A stretch of 64,000 bases of DNA from Candidatus Latescibacterota bacterium (lineage in GTDB: Bacteria > Latescibacterota > UBA2968 > UBA8231), in NCBI GenBank assembly GCA_965217585.1, contig OZ244561.1, positions 4,096,001-4,160,000 on the forward strand, in the 5' to 3' direction. Under the pieces are notes generated by a model. It did no database searches, was not told the origin of the DNA, and worked only from the letters and a program-made list of their open reading frames with translations. Shown piece by piece: positions 60,462-64,000 of this stretch (within the stretch, counting starts at the first letter, position 1; every line of letters starts with the position of its first letter). Position numbers and translations under genes: made by a program.

Positions 60462-61433
60462 ATGAAACGCATCGCCAAGCCCGCAGGGGCTTATAACATC
60501 GTGGTAGAAGAAGTCGAGGTTCCGGCTATTGCCCCGACCGAGATTTTGATTCGCGCCGAATGTTCGCTAATCAGCCGAGGCTCGGAGATATGGCGGCGCT
60601 ACGTGCGCGAAGAGGCGATCGATCACCGCGCCATGGGCTACTCGCTGGTAGGCCGGGTCGCGGAGGTCGGCGCGGAAGTCGAAGAGTTCAGAACCGGCGA
60701 TTTGGTCGCGGCTCTCGCGCCGCACGCCGAATACGTGGCGGTCGAAGTCGCAGCCAGCCAGCACAAGCCTGCGGCCGTGCGCCTGCCAGCGGGCCTGTCG
60801 CCCGAGGCGGGCACCTTCTGGCCGCTGGGAACTAGCTCGGTCCTGTGGATGTGGGAGACCGAGGCCGGCCCGGACGATGTCATGGTCATCCAGGGGCAGG
60901 GCTTGGTCGGCAGCGGTTGTATGCAGGCGGCCAAAGCACAGGGCGCGGGGCGCGTCATCGGGATCGATGCCTTGCCCTTGCGCTGTGAACTGGCGCGCGA
61001 GTTAGGGGCCGACGTGGTGGTAGACGCCAGCGCCGGTGACTCTGTCGCACAGGTCTTGGAGCTGACGGACGGGAAGGGTGCCGATATAGTGGTCGAAGCT
61101 GTGGGCGGGCGGGCCGGGGCGCAGGCTTTTGCCGAGGCGCAGGACATGCTCAAGCGCGGCGGCCTCTTGCAGGTGCTGGGCCTATACGAAAACGAACCTC
61201 TGCCGCTCTACTCAGAAAAAATCATGGGCAAGCGCCTCGTGGGCAGCTATCTCGACGCCAGTCGGCGGCCCGCAGGATCGGCACGTACGCTGGAACTGTT
61301 GGCCACGGATCAGATCCAATTCGCCAAGATGATCACCCACCGCTTCCCCTACACCGAAGCGGCAGCAGCCTTCGATCTGCTCTATAACCGATTGGGCGAG
61401 ACGATGGCGGTATTGTTGACGTGGGACAACTGA
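60462..61433 (+). CDS. MDR-superfamily (zinc-binding dehydrogenase-like) oxidoreductase
   Basis: SLISRGSE, GYSLVGRV, GQGLVG, GADIVVEAVG, MITHRF. Confidence 0.85.
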   Translation: MKRIAKPAGAYNIVVEEVEVPAIAPTEILIRAECSLISRGSEIWRRYVREEAIDHRAMGYSLVGRVAEVGAEVEEFRTGDLVAALAPHAEYVAVEVAASQHKPAAVRLPAGLSPEAGTFWPLGTSSVLWMWETEAGPDDVMVIQGQGLVGSGCMQAAKAQGAGRVIGIDALPLRCELARELGADVVVDASAGDSVAQVLELTDGKGADIVVEAVGGRAGAQAFAEAQDMLKRGGLLQVLGLYENEPLPLYSEKIMGKRLVGSYLDASRRPAGSARTLELLATDQIQFAKMITHRFPYTEAAAAFDLLYNRLGETMAVLLTWDN

Positions 61434-61448
61434 AGTCAGGAGACGACG

Positions 61449-62144
61449 ATGAGTAGGACTGTAGAGAAGCTCTTCCGCGCCCCTTATGGGGTGCCCAATG
61501 CGCTGCAAGTAGTAGAAGAAGGACTGTGGATTACCGACCAAATTACCGACCGGGTGGCGCTGATCGAAATCGCCGAGCCGTCTGAATACGGCGTCACCCG
61601 CCTGATCCGCGATATTCCCAGCGAGTCGTCCAATACCAGCGGCATGGCTTGGGGCGGCGGTTCGCTGTGGTTGGCGGCTAATGGGGCGGGTACGCTCTGG
61701 CGGCCCGCACGGCCGACGGACGCTGAGGAGGGAGAAATTTTTGAGGTTGATCCGGACACCGGCGCGACCCGCAATCGCTATCCGGTACCCGGCGGGGGTG
61801 GGGTTCACGGGATGGAGTACGATCCGTTTGAAGAGGGCCATGTGTGGATCACCACCCTCAAGAGCCAGACGCTGAGCAAAGTCAAGATCGCTGGCTGGTC
61901 GGTCGAGCACGTGCTGGATTTGCCCTACGGGCGGGCGCACGGCGTGGTGCGGGTCGCCGACGGCATCTGGGTGGTGCATACGTCCGACCGCGCAATCGTC
62001 AAGCTCGATGTGGAGAGCGGGGCCGAGTTGGATCGAGTTATGGTGCCCGACAGCGACCCCGAGCCGCATGGTCTGTCGATTTTTGGCGAGGATTTTGTCT
62101 ATTGCGACGCCACCTCTGGATGGGTCGTCAAAATTAGTCTGTGA
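61449..62144 (+). CDS. Hypothetical beta-propeller protein
   Basis: Repeated blade motifs PNAL...LWI, SGMAW..GSLW, HGMEY...VWI, HGV...IWV, PHGL. Confidence 0.6.
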   Translation: MSRTVEKLFRAPYGVPNALQVVEEGLWITDQITDRVALIEIAEPSEYGVTRLIRDIPSESSNTSGMAWGGGSLWLAANGAGTLWRPARPTDAEEGEIFEVDPDTGATRNRYPVPGGGGVHGMEYDPFEEGHVWITTLKSQTLSKVKIAGWSVEHVLDLPYGRAHGVVRVADGIWVVHTSDRAIVKLDVESGAELDRVMVPDSDPEPHGLSIFGEDFVYCDATSGWVVKISL

Positions 62145-62151
62145 GGATGTG

Positions 62152-62967
62152 ATGACGCGCATAGCAACGTCGTCTTGGAGCTTGCACAGGACGTTGGGGG
62201 CGTCGATGTACCAGTGGCCTGACCCCAAGGGCGAGCCGGTGCTGGAAGGGGCCGGGCAGGGGGAACTCACCTTGTTAGAGCTACCGGAGCAGCTTGCCGC
62301 ACGCGGCATCGGTCTGTTAGAGATTTGCCACTTCCACTTCCCGCGACTCGACGATGACTATATCAGCCAGTTGCGTCAGGCACTTGCCGACAGCGGCGTC
62401 GAGCTCTTCAGCGTACTGATTGACGCTGGGGACATCGCGCACCCGGATGCGGCTCAACGCGCAAAGGAAGTAGCTTGGATACGCGAGTGGATGGAGATTG
62501 CCGCTCGCTGCGGTGCGCAGTGTGTGCGGGTGATCGCTGGGGAGGCAAGCGATAGCGAAGCCGTGCAGGTAAGTGCGGCGAATTTGCGGGCATTCGCCAG
62601 CTTTGGTCGCACCTTGGGCATTGAGGTAATGACGGAAAATTTTCGGGCGCTGGGCACGTCGGTCGGGGCGCTCAACGCGGTCCTCGACTTGTGCGACGGT
62701 GAGGTGGGTCTATGCGCTGATTTCGGCAACTTCAAGGGGCCGGACAAGTACCGCGATCTGGCGGCGATTCTGCCGCGGGCGACTTCCGTACACGCCAAGG
62801 CCGACTTCCCCGCAGTGGGCCAGATGGACCGCGAGGATTTTGTGCGCTGTCTCCGGCTGGCTAGTGATGCGGGATTCGCCGGGCCGTACTCGCTGATTTT
62901 TTCTAGTCGAGGCGACGAGTGGGAGGGCATAGAAAAGACGCGGGAAGTGGTCGAGGAATGGCTGTGA
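62152..62967 (+). CDS. Sugar-phosphate isomerase/epimerase (AP endonuclease 2 TIM barrel)
   Basis: SSWSLH, RVIAG, TEN, DFGNF, HAK. Confidence 0.8.
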   Translation: MTRIATSSWSLHRTLGASMYQWPDPKGEPVLEGAGQGELTLLELPEQLAARGIGLLEICHFHFPRLDDDYISQLRQALADSGVELFSVLIDAGDIAHPDAAQRAKEVAWIREWMEIAARCGAQCVRVIAGEASDSEAVQVSAANLRAFASFGRTLGIEVMTENFRALGTSVGALNAVLDLCDGEVGLCADFGNFKGPDKYRDLAAILPRATSVHAKADFPAVGQMDREDFVRCLRLASDAGFAGPYSLIFSSRGDEWEGIEKTREVVEEWL

Positions 62968-62983
62968 AAGTGAAGGGAAAGGC

Positions 62984-63463
62984 ATGGCTGGCAAGTACTG
63001 GCTCGTCAAGTGCGAGTTCGACGAGTGCTCCTTTGACGAGTTGAAGCAGCGTTCGCAAAGCACGGGTTACTGGCGGGGCGTGCGCAACTATCAAGCGCGC
63101 AATCTCATCCGCGACAATATGGAAAAGGGGGACTTGGCGTTCTTCTATCACTCCAACTGCGACGAGCCGGGGATCGCTGGAATCGCGGTGATCGCAAGAG
63201 CGGGCTACCCCGACCCCAGCCAGTTCGACGACCAGCACCGCTACTACGACGAAAAATCCACCGAGGATGAGCCGCGCTGGTTCTCCTTCGACGTGAAATG
63301 GAAGTGCAAATTCAAAAGGTTTGTCCACCTCGCCGACCTCAAGGCCAACGACAAGCTCGCCGACATGCGGGTGGTGCAGCGGGGCCAGCGGCTCTCGATC
63401 CAGCCGGTCGCCGAGCAGGAGTGGAAGGAAGTCTGCAAGATGGGAGGCGTCAGTACGACGTGA
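62984..63463 (+). CDS. EVE domain protein
   Basis: YWLVK.E, W.GVRNYQARN, GDLAFFYHSNC, PRW, RLSIQPV. Confidence 0.92.
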   Translation: MAGKYWLVKCEFDECSFDELKQRSQSTGYWRGVRNYQARNLIRDNMEKGDLAFFYHSNCDEPGIAGIAVIARAGYPDPSQFDDQHRYYDEKSTEDEPRWFSFDVKWKCKFKRFVHLADLKANDKLADMRVVQRGQRLSIQPVAEQEWKEVCKMGGVSTT

Positions 63464-63530
63464 TGCGCTGCGAGCGCAAAGAGGAGCGTATGAGGCGGTT
63501 TGAACATGGCGACTAGCAGAACCATTTGCA

Positions 63531-63809
63531 ATGATTCAGTCCTTCGCAAATCGAGATACTGAGCAACTATTCTATACCGAAAACAGCCGCCGTTTTGCGG
63601 CCATATCTCGCGTTGCGTTGAGAAAGCTAATACAGATGAATCAAGCCCGTACTCTCAGCGACCTTGCCATGCCGCCAGGTAATCGCCTAGAAGCTCTCAG
63701 AGGCGACTTGTCTGGTTTTCACTCGATTCGGATTAACGACCAATGGCGCATCATCTTTCGGTGGACCAATGACGGGCCGGAACGGGTGGCCATTGTAGAC
63801 TACCATTGA
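63531..63809 (+). CDS. higB: HigB/RelE-family toxin
   Basis: MIQSF...[29 protein letters not shown]...IVDYH. Confidence 0.92.
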   Translation: MIQSFANRDTEQLFYTENSRRFAAISRVALRKLIQMNQARTLSDLAMPPGNRLEALRGDLSGFHSIRINDQWRIIFRWTNDGPERVAIVDYH

Positions 63810-63840
63810 CAAGCCCCTTATAACGTCATAGGGTGTGGAC

Positions 63841-64000
63841 ATGGATGACCCAATTACACCCGGCGAGATCCTACTAGAGGAATACCTCAAGCCCATGGGG
63901 ATTTCGCAGAATGCTATGGCCCGCGCCATCGGTGTCGCCCCACGGGCAATCAACGAAATCGTTCACGCTAGGCGTTCGATTACCCCTGCGATGTCCATTC
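63841..64000 (+). CDS. higA: HigA antitoxin, truncated by the window end
   Basis: [32 protein letters not shown]...INEIV...RSITP. Confidence 0.9.
   Translation, partial: MDDPITPGEILLEEYLKPMGISQNAMARAIGVAPRAINEIVHARRSITPAMSI

Noticed and set aside
62984-64000. EVE + HigBA as one modification-dependent defence system
   Set aside because: The EVE protein is the common stand-alone type at the end of a metabolic operon. Adjacency alone is insufficient.

Overview
A GC-rich bacterial chromosomal window, probably from an uncultured heterotroph. The PhyH, Gfo/Idh/MocA, FAH and enolase catabolic genes, FN3 domains and many toxin-antitoxin (TA) modules resemble sponge-symbiont genomes such as Latescibacterota; this is inference only. 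Left to right it holds: a D-aminoacylase cut by the left edge; a complete IS630 element that beheads an FN3/Ig/69-aa-repeat gene, itself also hit by a 146-bp MITE; a TldD/TldE pair carrying signal peptides; hydantoinase/oxoprolinase A/B; two AAA-ATPase/PD-(D/E)XK genes; a catabolic cluster; a type I restriction-modification operon (hsdR-hsdS-AlbA_2/HATPase-hsdM) just downstream of tmRNA; an internally deleted ilvD; tamB-tamA; queC-queE; a decaying TA/nuclease patch (48.5-52.2 kb); MFS transporters; metG; an EVE protein; and higBA. The most unusual element is a stand-alone ~300-nt transcription unit at 60.06-60.40 kb. It has its own sigma70 promoter and terminator, several hairpins, a 15-nt complement to the 16S rRNA 3' end, further Shine-Dalgarno (SD)-like motifs and only a 12-23-aa ORF. 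Also notable are a TA cassette flanked by a duplication of a gene's 3' end, an antitoxin N-terminus fused to a nuclease, and several microhomology-type deletions. All protein calls rest on motif recognition; no database searches were run.
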